DNA from: Geosiphon pyriformis uo1 | Taxonomy: Eukaryota; Fungi; Glomeromycota | Reading direction: 5' to 3' | Assembly (NCBI GenBank): GCA_016748015.1 | Contig: JAAOMT010000710.1 | Location: forward strand, 124,001 to 188,000 | Length of the DNA: 64,000 nucleotides | Shown: positions 1-12,324 of the stretch, one piece after another | Layout: each line of letters begins with the position of its first letter | How positions within the stretch are numbered: the stretch's first letter is position 1 | Made by a program: the position numbers and the translations under genes | Notes under the pieces: generated by a model | Databases searched by the model: none | What the model saw: the letters and a program-made list of their open reading frames with translations, nothing else | Told to the model about the DNA's origin: nothing

Positions 1-66
1 TCTCAAAGATGAAGAATTAGAATTAAAAGATTTCAATGGAACTCAATATTAAAAAAGAAGAAATAA

Positions 67-932
67 TATTACTCATAGAATATAGGAAGTATATATTAAC
101 ATAAATTAGCCAATCAGAAGTAACTGTAGTAAATGTAGAATTCTAGGATTCCTCTTAGAAAAATTGCAGAATTCCAAAAATTTCAGGATTCTCATACAAA
201 GAATTGCAGAATTCCAGAATTCCAGAATTCCTCTCAAAGAAATTACAGGATTCCAGGAATTGCAGGATTCCAAAAATTCCAGGATTCCTGGTATAAAAAA
301 TTGAGGAATTGAGGAATCTTGATTATGTATATATAGCAGTAGAGTTAAAAGTAGAAAAGACAGAATTGCTTAATTTAGATTTAATTTAAACAACCTTCCA
401 AAATTCACAAATATTAATAAATAATTATCTAATATCTCAATCCACTCTTTACTATCAACACTTCATGTTGATAGTCTCAAATACTTAACCATGCTGGAAC
501 AATAGCTCTTGATCACAGCTATTGATGGGATACTATCTAGTATTGCCTTAGCTTATTTTTATTTGTTTTATTTTATTTTCTTTTGTTATTTCTTTTGTTT
601 TATTAACTTGATTATAAAGATTTACATGCAGAAGTACTAATGTCAGGATATAGCATTGGTAAAAGACTCAGAAATAAGGATAGACACTCAAGATTGAGAA
701 TATCTTATCAGGAGGATTACTGGCCATTATGCTGAAAAAAAAATTGATAAAACTGTGGTTTTGGAAAGCTATGGATAAAACTATTAGTTAAATCTCTGTT
801 CATTATACAAAGAACTCTACAACAACACCTTCAGATCAACCAAACCTTCAGATATTAACACCAGAATATTAATTAAGCACCAAGTTATGAGTTTGTTATT
901 TGATTTGAGACTCCAAGTAAACACCTGTAACA
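67..932 (+). mobile_element. 3' LTR of a Ty3/gypsy element whose body lies upstream of the window
   Basis: Starts TATTAC (decayed TGTTAC) right after a purine tract at 51-66 and ends TGTAACA at 932. Its reverse complement aligns with the LTRs at 2155-2996 and 11126-11966 (shared blocks CAAATAACAAAC..TAACTTGGT and TATATATACATAAT). Bases 1-66 match the internal sequence next to the other element's 3' LTR. Short GAATTCC-type repeats at ~140-310. Confidence 0.8.
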
Positions 933-2154
933 GTAGTATAAATAGTTTTAGATAAAATAAAAAATGATATTTTCAAAGTATTTGTTAAAAACCCAAACCA
1001 AATATATTTATTTGAAATTTTCTTAATATAAACTTTGTATAAATTAAAGATTAAGAAACTTAACTCTGCAATTCATATCTTGTTTCAATGTTTTGAGTTT
1101 TTAAATACATCTGTAATATATGTCAAATTAAATACCATAAACTCATTTTAGATTGTCCTACTCAGTAGAATTTTATTTACAATATAATTAGAAATAAGTT
1201 ATCTTTTAAATTGGCAAGTTATTTATTTTTAATTCTATATATTTTAAATACAAAAATTCTAACTGTAAATTTATAGGCATTAAATATTCTTATTAACAAT
1301 TACATTAATTTCTATTAATATGCTATTTTACATAATTAATGAGCTGTTTTTAATAAAATTGCTAAATTTCTTGAATTATTTAAGAATATTACAGTTAAAA
1401 TATTAGCCAATTCAAATAATACTGCTTTTTTAATTATTTTTTTTTTTAATATCGTTTTTAATTATGTCAAAGATATGATTAATAATAATAAATCTGGTAA
1501 AATATTATAATCTTGATTATATTTATTTAGTTATTTATTTAACATATTTAATATTAGATTTATTATTTGTCACAGTGATTAAGGCAATAAAAAAAAGTTA
1601 GTTGAATATTATTCTAAAACAAATACAATTGTAATGCTCTGTACTGTATTGAATTTAAAAAAAAAATTCTATTATTTTACCAAAAAAAAATTTTTAGATG
1701 ATAATATTAATAAAATAAAAGAATTTTAAGTTATTAATTTATTTAAATGGTTTTATTTTTCAACTCTCACACAATAAATAAATCTTTAGAATGTATACTT
1801 TTTTTGAAACAGAGTACATACTGAATATTATATCAATATTAAATAACAGTTTTTTATATAATAGCAATTTTAATGATATTATAGCATTAATTATATAATC
1901 TATATTAAAGACAAACTTTAATGATGATAAAAAAAAAAACTTAACAAAATTGATTGTTATATCTCTGAAAAAGTGGCCAATAAGAAAATGAATATAAAAG
2001 TATGATAGAAAATATATTACAAAAAATATTTATCTAAATTAACATTTTATTAATAATTTAATATTTAAGTATATTAAACACAATTTTTTTGTCTTGTATA
2101 TATGATTTGTAATTATTTGGCAATCCAAAAATTATTTGTTGCTTTTAAACACAC
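933..2154 (+). pseudogene. Decayed hAT-family transposase, segment before the gypsy insertion
   Basis: Translates to KLILDCPTQ*NFIY (hAT LDxPTRWNSTY), KIAKFLELFKNITVKI, MLCTVLN (DPR region) and YLAIQKLFVAFKH (start of hAT C-terminal dimerisation motif YLAIxxSSVASER). Many stops and frameshifts. Confidence 0.8.
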
Positions 2155-2996
2155 TGTTATAAGTAATTATTTAAGATGTTAAAACAAATAACAAATCTGT
2201 AACTTGATACTTAATAGCTGTTAATAATAGTGGTTTTTGAAAGTTTTGGAATCTAAAAGTTTTGGTTAAGTTTTTTATATAATAAACAGAAAGTTAATTA
2301 ATGATTTTTTCTATGAATTTCTTTCTTTAGCATAATAACCAGTTTATTTTAGTAGTTATGCTCTTCTAATAAGCTATTTTTAAGTTTTCTACTTTTGTTT
2401 TCAGGTTTTTTACTAGGCTATTTTTAACATTAATTATTCAGTGCTTAATTTTTTTAATTAATTAATAAACAACAAAGAAAACAAAATAAAAAAAATAAAA
2501 GAAAATAAGAAAAGAAAATAAAAAATTAGTATTCTGTCAATAGCCATAATTAAGAGCTATTAATTTAGTATAATTAAATATTAAATTTTACCAACATAGA
2601 TTGTTAATAGTATGGAAGTAATTGATATTTCTTAATTAAGTAATAATAATATAAATAAGATAATAATGAATAATTTTATTAATATAAATATGATTTCACT
2701 TTAAGTTATAGAAACTACTTTTTGAAAAGAAAGATATTAAATAATTACTAATTTTTAGCTATCATTTTATTTTTTTTGTTTTTAATACTCTTATTATATA
2801 TACATAATTCTTATTATACAAGATTTTACATATTTTTAAGCAATATACTATAATTTTCTAATAATATGTTTATTGCTGAACAATGTGTTATAATTTTTTG
2901 ACAATGTACTTACTTATTAAGTATTATTTTCCTATTGACTTATTTTTACTATTTGTTTTTTTTACTTTTTTTTGTACTTTTTTTTTATAAGTAATA
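2155..2996 (-). repeat. 3' LTR of the gypsy element
   Basis: Colinear with 11126-11966. Adjacent polypurine tract on the minus strand at ~2997-3010 (AAAGAAGAAAATAA). Confidence 0.9.
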
Positions 2997-3819
2997 TTAT
3001 TTTCTTCTTTAATATTGAACTCTATTAAAATTTTTATTTTGAATTAAGTCTATTACTTTTTTTCCCAATATTGTTTGTTTAATTCTGGTTTTTGTGTCTT
3101 CAAATTGAGAGTTGTTTATTTTTTTATTGATTAATAGTTATTGTTTCTATTTTTGTATGTAGTAATATTTTTAGATAATCTTAAAATATGGTGTATAGTC
3201 AGTAAATTGTTTTAATATATAATATAAAATTTATCTTCTTTCTAATAAAGTTTTCAATCTATTGTACTATTTCTTAATTGAATATTTTTTTGGATTAATT
3301 GATATATAATTTTTGAATATTTAGTTTTTGTTTTAATTAATAATAACAGTATGATATTAAAAGTTGTTTTATTTATAACTTTTAGTTCTTTTTAGTTAGT
3401 TTTTTTATTGGAATAGTTATTGGTATTTTTTCAAAAGTGTTTTTTACTTTTTTTATAATCTTATCTAACTAGTGTTTTGTTTGGTTTTGTAATTGCTAAT
3501 ATAAGATAATCTTGGCTTTTTTTTCTCTTTTTGTGTTTTGATAGCAAATTTTTTGGTAATTGACAATGATTTCTTTGTTTAATTATTGTTAATTTATGAC
3601 TTAGAATAATTGTTGTGTTATTATGTAGATATAATCTGGAATTTTTATTTTTTACTGTTGTTTTTGTTACATATATTGTGTTTTTATATACTGTTTTAAT
3701 AGATTAATTTAATATGTTTGTGTCAATGATTATAATTGGTTCCAGATCTCATAAAATTTTATTCAGTTAGACTAGTATTTGTTGTATTTCTAATTGTAAA
3801 ATATTATTTGTTGATAATA

Positions 3820-6513
3820 ATACTATATTGTAATATGATTTCAATTAATTACTATATGTTGCTTTAACTAAGATTTTGTAGTTTTATCTTAACTTATATG
3901 CTCTATTTTTCAGAATTTTTTCAATATAAAATGAATTATCTCATTTGGAGTCAAATTTTTTATTCTATTGTTTTTTCATTTTAGTACAATATAAAAGTAC
4001 TTTGTTTTCAATCCTAAATTCAGCTGGTTTATCTGGTAACTAATTATCATGTTGTTTTTTTTGTAACTTTTATATATTATTAGTTGCTTTTTGTCTTTTG
4101 TTTTCTAGAGTTTTTATTAAATTATATGTTCTTTTTAACACTGTTTTTTAAAAGTTAGCTTCTGTTATTGGTTTGATTAAATATGTATTAATTTTTATCT
4201 TCATTGGTAATATTGCTATTCTACTATAAACTAGCTTAAATAGTGTTGTTTATGTAATATCTTGTTTTATTATTTGATAAGTAAATAATATTAATAATAT
4301 AAACAAATCTTATTTATTCTGGTTTTTTTGGCTAATTTTGATTATTGTTTCACACAATATTCTATTGAATTTTTCAATCAAGCTATTGATTTATAAATGA
4401 TATAAAAATAATAATAATTTTTTAATTCCAAATTTCTGATTTAATTCTGTTAATATTCTGTTCACAAAGTAAGTTTTTTGATCTGATAACAATTTTTTTG
4501 AACATTTATGTTAATAAATCAAATTTTAATATATGAATTTGTTCTTTGAATTGCTTTTACTTTTGGTCATTTTGTAAGATAGTTTATGACTACTGCTATG
4601 TATTAATTGCCTCTGCTGATTATTTTTAATAATCTGATTAAGTCAATTCCAATTTAATCAAATAGTTGTTCTACTTTGATTGGTCTTAATAATTCAGTGG
4701 ATCTTGTTTTTTCTCTTCTTTGACAAATATCACAATTTTGAACATATTAAATAATATTTAGATATATAAATGGCCAGTAATATCTTTTTCTGGTTTTTTC
4801 TATGATTGCTTCTTTATATAAATATTCTGTTGTTAAATTTGAATACATGTTAAACAGTATTGTTTTTTTCTTGGGTTTTGTAATTACTCTGAGTAATTGG
4901 TCTAATTTTTTTTTGTTTTTTCAATATAGTATGTTTTAGTAAGTAATAAAATATTTTAATTGTTGTTTTATGTAGTTTTGTTTTTTTTAAGATAATTTTT
5001 TCTTAAACTGTTAGTATTAATATAATGTTAGAGTTGTTGGTATTTTTGTGTGTTTATTTTTTGTTATATTTTTGAGTTAAAATGTTTTTAAATTTGTCTT
5101 ATTTATAACAAGCCATTAATATTTCTATTTTTTATTTATTTATAATATACAGTATAGTTAAATAATAAGAGTTTTATTTTCTATTTTGCATGGCAATCAT
5201 TTCCAAATTTTTGTTTCTGGATTAATGTTAATACTTTGTAATTAGTATATATTTCAAATTTCTGACTTAAATATTTCTTCTATTTTATAACAGTCTAATA
5301 GATAGTTAAATGTTTTAATGCTAGAGTTCTATAATTTTTTTTAGCTGGACTCAAACTTTGACTAGTATATATTATTAGATATTTTTGTCCATCTGCTTTT
5401 TTTTACAATAACACTGCTTCTAATACTTAACTAAATACATTAATGATAATAATGAATAATTTGTTGTAATTTGAATAGATCAATACCAAAACTTAAATAA
5501 GCTTTTGTCCTAAGATATTAAAGACTTCTTGTTGTGTTTTAATTCATTTATACTTGGTGTTTTTGGCTTATAGCTAATACAATAGTTGAACCAGTTTAAA
5601 AAAATTCTGAATAAAACAGTAATAATATTTAGCAAATCCCAAAAATGTTTATAGTTTAATTAAATTGATGAAAATTAAAAAGCTTTTGACTATTTTGATT
5701 TTATCTAAATCTGTTTTTATGTCATCTTTGCTTATAACATGTTTCAAAAACTTAAGTTTAGTTTTCCCAAAAAAACACTTAATAGCATTCAATTTTAATC
5801 CTGTTTTTTTTTTAATTTTTCAAACACTTGTTGAAGATAATAAAAATAATTATCAAATGTTTTAAAGAATACATTAGTGTTATTTAAGTAAACTACTATT
5901 AATTTCCATAATAGTCTGATGTAAGTAATTTTTATTAGCTATTGAAAAGTAACTGGAACATTAATTAAGCCAAAAAGCATAGTATTAAATTTAAAATTCT
6001 TTTTTTTGGTAGTAAACACTGTTTTTTTCTTGTCAATTGGATTTATGGCTACTTGTCAATAACTACTATTAAAGTCTAATATAGAAAACCAATTATGTTC
6101 TTCAAAAACATTGAATAATTTTTGGATTTATAGAATTGAATAGCTGTTTTTATGAATAACACTGTTGAATTTTTTGTAATTTATACAAAAGTAGATCTTT
6201 TTATTTTTTTTCAGATAAGTATTATTGATAACAATCATGAATATATTAATGGTTGAATTAACTTATTGTTTAATATTCAGTTGATTTCTTAACAAATAAT
6301 TTCATAATTAACAAGTAATATTTAGTATGTTTTTTGTTTAATTGGTATTATATCTCCAGTTTTGATCTGATGCTGAATAATATCAGTTTTTTTAAATTTA
6401 TTTTTACTTACAAAGATGTTGGTAAAATTATTAAGTAATAACTTAAGTTGCATATATTGAAGTGGATCTAAGTTTCTCAAGTTTATTTGCTCTAACTGTT
6501 CTGGTTGTAGCAA
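3820..6513 (-). pseudogene. pol: pol remnant: reverse transcriptase, RNase H region, integrase
   Basis: RT: WFSILDFNSSY*QV, KTVFTT..FNTMLFGLINVPVTFQ, VVYLNN (YLDD). Integrase: RYYWP..YVQNCDICQ, IGIDLI, and a decayed GPF/Y module KFDSK*DNSFYIEKIL. No chromodomain seen. Confidence 0.92.
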
Positions 6514-6920
6514 ATTATATTCTTTTTATTTGTAAATTGTTTATAATATAATGTCTATATATTCACAAAGTTGTGGAAAATTTGAAATGGTGGTTAATAT
6601 TTGATTCTCAACTTTAGTGCTTAAGTATCTAATAGTGATTCTGTTTGGTATTTTAATTGGATTATCAATTGTATTGTATATTAGAATTTTAATATATTTA
6701 TGGTTCTTGGCTAGTATATAGAAATTAGTAATGACAATTTTTTCTAATTTACAAATAATAAGTTCTACTTCAAAAATTTGGGGTTAATTTTTCACTTTCC
6801 TCTTTATAATTAGTATATGCTGGTTATATGATAGAATAAAAATTGATTAATTAGTAAAGATAAATTTTTTCTGATCAATTGTTTTTTTTCTATTATATTA
6901 ACTAATACCTCTATTTTACT

Positions 6921-7310
6921 CATAAATCCAAATTTATTTATTTCTTTTGCTGTGATTTCTAACTCTTTTCTCATTTTTGTTAATACTAACTAAACTATTT
7001 TTACCAAAGATAGAAATATTGTCTGTGTTAATTTTTTATTTAATTCAATAATATATGTCTTTTCTGATTTGTTTTGTAGTATTGCAATAATATTTTCTAT
7101 ATATTTTGCATTAATTATTTTTTCTCTAATATTAATTTTTTTTTTATATTAAATCTAAATACTAATTAAATTATTATTGTTGTTAAAATTTTCAGTACTA
7201 TTTTTAAATCTATGCTGGTGCACAAATAAAATTCCAATTTAATAGCAGTTTTTCTTAGATATTAGAGATCAAACTTTGTATCAGTATTATGTACACATTC
7301 TAATATAATA
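6921..7310 (-). pseudogene. dut: dUTPase domain remnant inside pol
   Basis: Minus-strand translation gives trimeric dUTPase motifs in order with transition-type damage: HNTDTKFDL (AGFDL, motif I), EKIINAKYIENI (GxIDxGYxG, III), KI/TQTIF (KIAQxIF, IV), KEINKFGF (RGxxGFGS, V). Motif II is heavily degraded. Confidence 0.8.
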
Positions 7311-8499
7311 TCTTCATTATTATTGCTAAACCATTTAAGTTCCTGCTTTTTTAAAAGATTTAAAAATGCAATATATTGTTTGGAATTGTAATCAGAGTTT
7401 AAATTATTGTTGCTATTGTTGCCATTATAGATAGAGTTAGAATCATTGTTATTATTATCATTAAAATTTAAATTGGAATTGAATTTTAATTCCAATTTTG
7501 AAACACAGCTGCTAATTGGGTTTTTTTTTTTAAAAATTGAATAGATTATGTGCAGTGGTAGATTATAAATAAAGTCACAATTATTACAATATTTGAAGTT
7601 ACTGAAAATTAGACAATATTTACAAAGTTTAATGTTTAATTGTTTTAAACATTGCTTTTACTTTTTTTAACTAAGTACTAGATCTTGGTAATATTTGTAG
7701 AATTGTTTTGAATCATTTAAGATGTTAATAAATACATTTAAATTGAGAATAAAAATGGTTTTAACAGGTTTTAGTGAGTTATTTTTAATTATCAATATTT
7801 TGCTGAATAAAATATCTTCAACTTTGGCACTTGCCATTCTTTAAATCTTATTTTTATTATGTAAATAACTATCTAAATACAAAAGTGCTTGGTTCCATAT
7901 AATATTAAAAAACATTCTTTAACTTACCTAATTACTTATAAAAATCATGTATTGGCATAATATATTATACATTTCTTTTTAATTAAGAATGTCATTCTAC
8001 ATTTTTTTATTGAGTAATGTTTTTTTACAAGTAAAACATAATTTGTTGTCCCATTTTTAATATTGTTTTAGATATTCAAAACATTTTCAGTAGTATGTTT
8101 TGCAATAATAGCAGATATGTGTTTTATAGTTTTTTTTAAATGAGATCTAAGTTGTTATAGAAAAAAGCTTTTTCTTACAATTTTTGTATTTAAGTAGAAT
8201 ATAGAATAATTGTTTTCTTAGTTCTAGAATTAAATATAATATATGTCAACTATTGGCTGTTTTTTCAGTAGTAATAGTGGCTTGAAGTTCATCATCTTTT
8301 TTTCTTTTTCTTTTTTTATTTCAAGAAAATATTGGTGATAATTTGTTGTAATTATTTTCAATTCACAAAACTTGATAGGGTTCCCAGATAGATTGTTTGT
8401 TTCTTTCTCAAATTTTATTAGTGACTGTAATTGGGTTGGTTTGAAGTAACTGCAGATAGTTAGTATTTGAATATGTTAACTATTTTAACTGAACTATAG

Positions 8500-8830
8500 C
8501 TTTTAGGTATTCTAATTAAGCATAGCATTAATTTTAAACAGTCAGTCATTACTAATAAGAGCTTAATATTATGTAGCTTTTATAACAAGAACTTTAATGA
8601 GTGTAATAATACCATTGACTTTAAAAAAAAATTTGTTAATTTTACCAATAGGAGTTTTGATCACTTTATTAACTGTAATAATTTTGGTGCTAACAGTATA
8701 ATTAACTTGACAACTTAATTGGTCTATGAATTGTTATGTAATAATGTTTTGCTAATCTATTATCAAAAATTAGTTTAATAAATTGATCATTGACTTTGGC
8801 ATCTATATATATGACTATAATAAACTTAAC
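8500..8830 (-). pseudogene. Retropepsin aspartic protease remnant
   Basis: YIDAKVNDQFIKLIFDNRLA corresponds to a decayed LILDSGSA active-site motif. Confidence 0.75.
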
Positions 8831-9399
8831 ATTAAGAACAGCTCTATTAAATAAAAGTGTTATTGCTAATTTTTTTAATTTAAAAGGAAAGATAACTGCA
8901 AGTAATTTATTTTTTGTGACTATTATTGAAAAGATATTATTGGTAAATAGTATTGAATTGGTTTTCAATAATTTGAGTGTTATTATTTATGAAGTTATCA
9001 AGATACTTAAATAGTTCTAAGAATTTGGGTTTTAAGTATATTTTTTGAATATAATCTTAATAACTGGTTTAATAAACTAAAAATTAGTTAATACATAATT
9101 ATTGCCAATCTTTAATTTTGTTGGGTATAAGTAATTCTCAGTCTTTGAATTCTATTTGATATTAGCACTGTATTTTAAAGCAGCACTTAAATTTGTTGGA
9201 GTTAATAGATAATTTGTGGCTGTAAAACTTAATAAATTACTGGTGTTAAGATTGAATAGATTAGAGATACATATATTGGTTGTTGTGTTATTAAGGTGTA
9301 CTAAGACTAATACTAATATTGTTTAGTAGAATTGTTAACATAGCTTGGGATTTAAAATTTGTAATCAAAGTTTCTATATTGGTTTTTTAATTGTGAGTT

Positions 9400-11100
9400 G
9401 TTAAATTTGAAGTGGCAATTTGCTTTTAAATGGTTTTGTTTATTACAATAATAGCAATTACATATTTTTTGTTGCCATAGTTGATTTAATAATAATGATA
9501 ATAAATGTAGTTAATTTTGGAATTGACTAAAACTTTCTGAATTGTTATAAAATTGAGAAGGCTAATAGATTGCTTGATTGTTGGTTAAGTATTTCTCTAA
9601 TTTTTGGTTGATTAAATCACTGAATTGTTTTAGCTTAAAATCCAATTTAGATGATTTGTTTATAATTATATTTACAGTTTATATATAGTTGGTTTTAAGT
9701 TTGGCTAATTCAAAATCTCTGATATAGATGACTGTGTTTTGAAAAGTATTTAAGTATATTAGACATACTTATTGTAATAAGTTATTGCATAATCCACAAA
9801 TAAATTGGTTTAAGATTTGTAATGCTATAAAGTAATTAGCTTCAATTGTTTAAATTTGGTGCAGATTTTGATGAAAACATCTCAAATATATAATAACTGT
9901 TTCAGTATCATTTTGTTTGATAGTAATAAAGCTAGTTAATAACAAATTAATACTGTTGTAATTATTGAAATATTATTGAAACATGGTTTTAAATATATTA
10001 AAAATTTGTGATTTGTTAATTAGACTCTAATACTACAAGTTGGTAGTATTCTAAAAAAAGTATAAAATAACTTGAAGTGCTTTGGCATTGTTTTATCTGT
10101 TGACTGCAATGGCTTTTACTATATTGGTTAGCTATACTTGAATATTGTTTTCTTTGCCAGTAAATTTTTTAAGCTTAGTGATTAATGTATAAGTTATTTA
10201 TGTAAATTGTTGTAATTGTTATTGAGCAGCAATTGATGCTATTGACAGTTAATTGATCAAAATAACTGGAGATAAGTTTTTTGGAAAAATAGAAGCTGGG
10301 TTTAGATTGTTTGGATTTAATTGAATTTGAACAATCAGAGTTTGAATTTCTGGATTATTTGAAATCAGGTTTTGATTATTATTTTTCTAATTACTTTTTT
10401 TTTTTTCTAGATTAGTGTCTGTTCAATTACTAATAGATCCGAAATTTGGTTGAGATAACAATAATTAAAATCCTGATGAAATTATTAGTTATAATTTAAA
10501 TCTTTTAAAAAAATTGCCATAGGTTTCTAATAATTTGGTTTTTTTCTGATTATTTTGAAATAGTACTTATGATAATGATGTCTTTATGGTCAACATTAAT
10601 GTAAATCTGAATGGTATATATATAGTACTTCTTAGTATATAGTGGTAAAATAGATGAATGAATAAAATAACTCTTGGTTTCTTCTAAGTAGATGGTTGTA
10701 TTTTCTTTGGTATTTCTGTTAGAGTTTGTAATTTCTCTTTATTTTTGTCTATAAAGATGATAAGAAATCTCTGTTAAGTGTAATTCTTAATTTCTTGATT
10801 TATTTCTGTGATTAGTAAGATGAACAAATAATTTTGTAAAAGTATAGTGTTTTGGAATAATTTATTATAGAAATTTTTAAAAGCAGTTTCTAGATCTCTT
10901 TGGCTTCCCAAGTAGAATATAATTTTTTTGTTGATATAGAAATTAAAAGCTAATTCTGCTGGCCAATAGTTATTTGTCAATTTGAGATAAGTTTGATAGT
11001 ATTAAAATAAAGCTTTTGTAAATCCCAAGTAGTTTGTTCCTATTATTTTTGATTCTGTTACTGTTCCAAATAATTGTTATTGATGCTGGTTTTCTGTTGA
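9400..11100 (-). pseudogene. gag: gag remnant (Ty3 capsid-like region and CCHC zinc knuckle)
   Basis: KLKKFTGKENNIQV*LTNIVKAI capsid-like segment at ~10100-10180. Intact knuckle CYYCNKQNHLKANC at 9415-9456. Confidence 0.8.
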
Positions 11101-11106
11101 ATTATA

Positions 11107-11123
11107 CTTCACAAAAAGCACCA
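11107..11123 (-). promoter_or_regulatory. Primer binding site TGGTGCTTTTTGTGAAG (tRNA ending ...AAGCA-CCA, probably tRNA-Thr)
   Basis: TGG lies 2 nt inside the 5' LTR boundary. The tRNA identity is inferred from fungal tRNA-Thr 3' ends (GGAAGCA-CCA). Confidence 0.7.
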
Positions 11124-11125
11124 AA

Positions 11126-11966
11126 TATTACAGGTAATTATTTGAGATATTAAAACAAATAACAAACTTGTAACTTGGTATTTAATAATTGTTAATAATA
11201 ATAGTTTCTAAAGGTTTTAAAGTTTAAAAGTTTAAAAGTTTTGGTTGAGTCTTTTATATAATAAACAAATATTCAATTGATAGTTTTTTCTGTAAATTTT
11301 TTTTTAGTGTGATTACTAGTTTATTCTAACAGTTATGCTTTTTTGGTAAGTTATCTTTAAGTTTTTTATCTTTGTTTCTAGGTTTTTTACCAGATTATTT
11401 TTGATTTTAATTACTCAGTACTTAATTTCTTTAATTAATTAGTAAACAACAAAAAAAACAAAATAAAAAAAAATAAAAAAATAATATTTTGTCAATAGCT
11501 GTAATCAAAAGCTATTGGTTCAATATAATTAAGTATTAGATTTTACCAACATAGATTGTTAATAGTGTAAAAGTAATTAATATTTTTTAATTAAGTAATA
11601 ATAACATAAATAAGATAGTAATAGATAATTTTATTGATATGAATATGATTTTATTTCAAGTTATAAAAAACTATTTTTTGAAGAGAAATTGGATAATTAT
11701 TGATTTTTAGTTACTGTTTTTTTTTTTTTCTAATATCTTTATTATATATACATAATTTTTATTATATAAGATTTTACACTTTTTTGAACAATGTGCCATA
11801 ATTTTCTGACAATATGCTTATTGTTAAGCAATATGTTATAATTTTCTAACAATATATTATAATTTTTTGATAATATGTTTACTTACTGGGTATTATTTTC
11901 TTATTGGCCTATTTTTATTATCTGTTTTTTTTACTTTTTTTTTGTACTTTTTTTCTATAAATAACA
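11126..11966 (-). repeat. 5' LTR of the gypsy element
   Basis: Colinear with 2155-2996 and followed on the minus strand by the PBS. Confidence 0.9.
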
Positions 11967-12324
11967 ATGTCTTTTTTGCAAATGGAAATATAATTACAGA
12001 TATAAGATCTTGCTTAGTGCCTAAAACTATAAGAGCAATATAGTGTCTTTAATTATAAATACAGGAACTATTAAAAAAAAAATTAAATAATAATATAGTA
12101 TAATATAATGTTTTTAATAGTCAAATTTAAATATGTTCATAAACTTTGAACCAAACTTGTTGCATGTGTTTAGGTTTAGTTCAAATTCAGTTTAAGTTCA
12201 GTAATTTTAAGTCCATAATTTTAAGTCTGGTTTAAGTTTGAGTTCAAAATTTTGCCAAATCTTCTGTTTAAGTTTGGTTTGATTTAGTGGTTCAATTAAA
12301 CTTGAACTAAACATTGAAACTCTA
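11967..12324 (+). mobile_element. hAT transposase C-terminus and 3' end with subterminal repeats and probable TIR
   Basis: Continues the interrupted motif: FFANGNIITDIRSCLVPKTIRAI*CL*L* (FSxxGxIITDRRSxLxPxTIxAxxCLxSW). GGTT/AGTTC-type subterminal repeats at ~12140-12310. Terminus CATTGAAACTCTA reads TAGAGTTTCAATG on the minus strand, a hAT-like end. Confidence 0.7.

Larger units (their letters stand above)
2155..11966 (-). mobile_element. Full-length but inactivated Ty3/gypsy LTR retrotransposon (~9.8 kb)
   Basis: Two ~840 bp direct repeats, outer termini TGTTA..TAACA, PBS, PPT, and domain order gag-PR-(dUTPase)-RT-RH-INT on the minus strand. Numerous stops. Confidence 0.93.

Noticed and set aside
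140-310. Short repeats resembling a CRISPR array
   Set aside because: Irregular degenerate repeats inside an LTR of a eukaryotic genome, with no unique spacers or cas genes.
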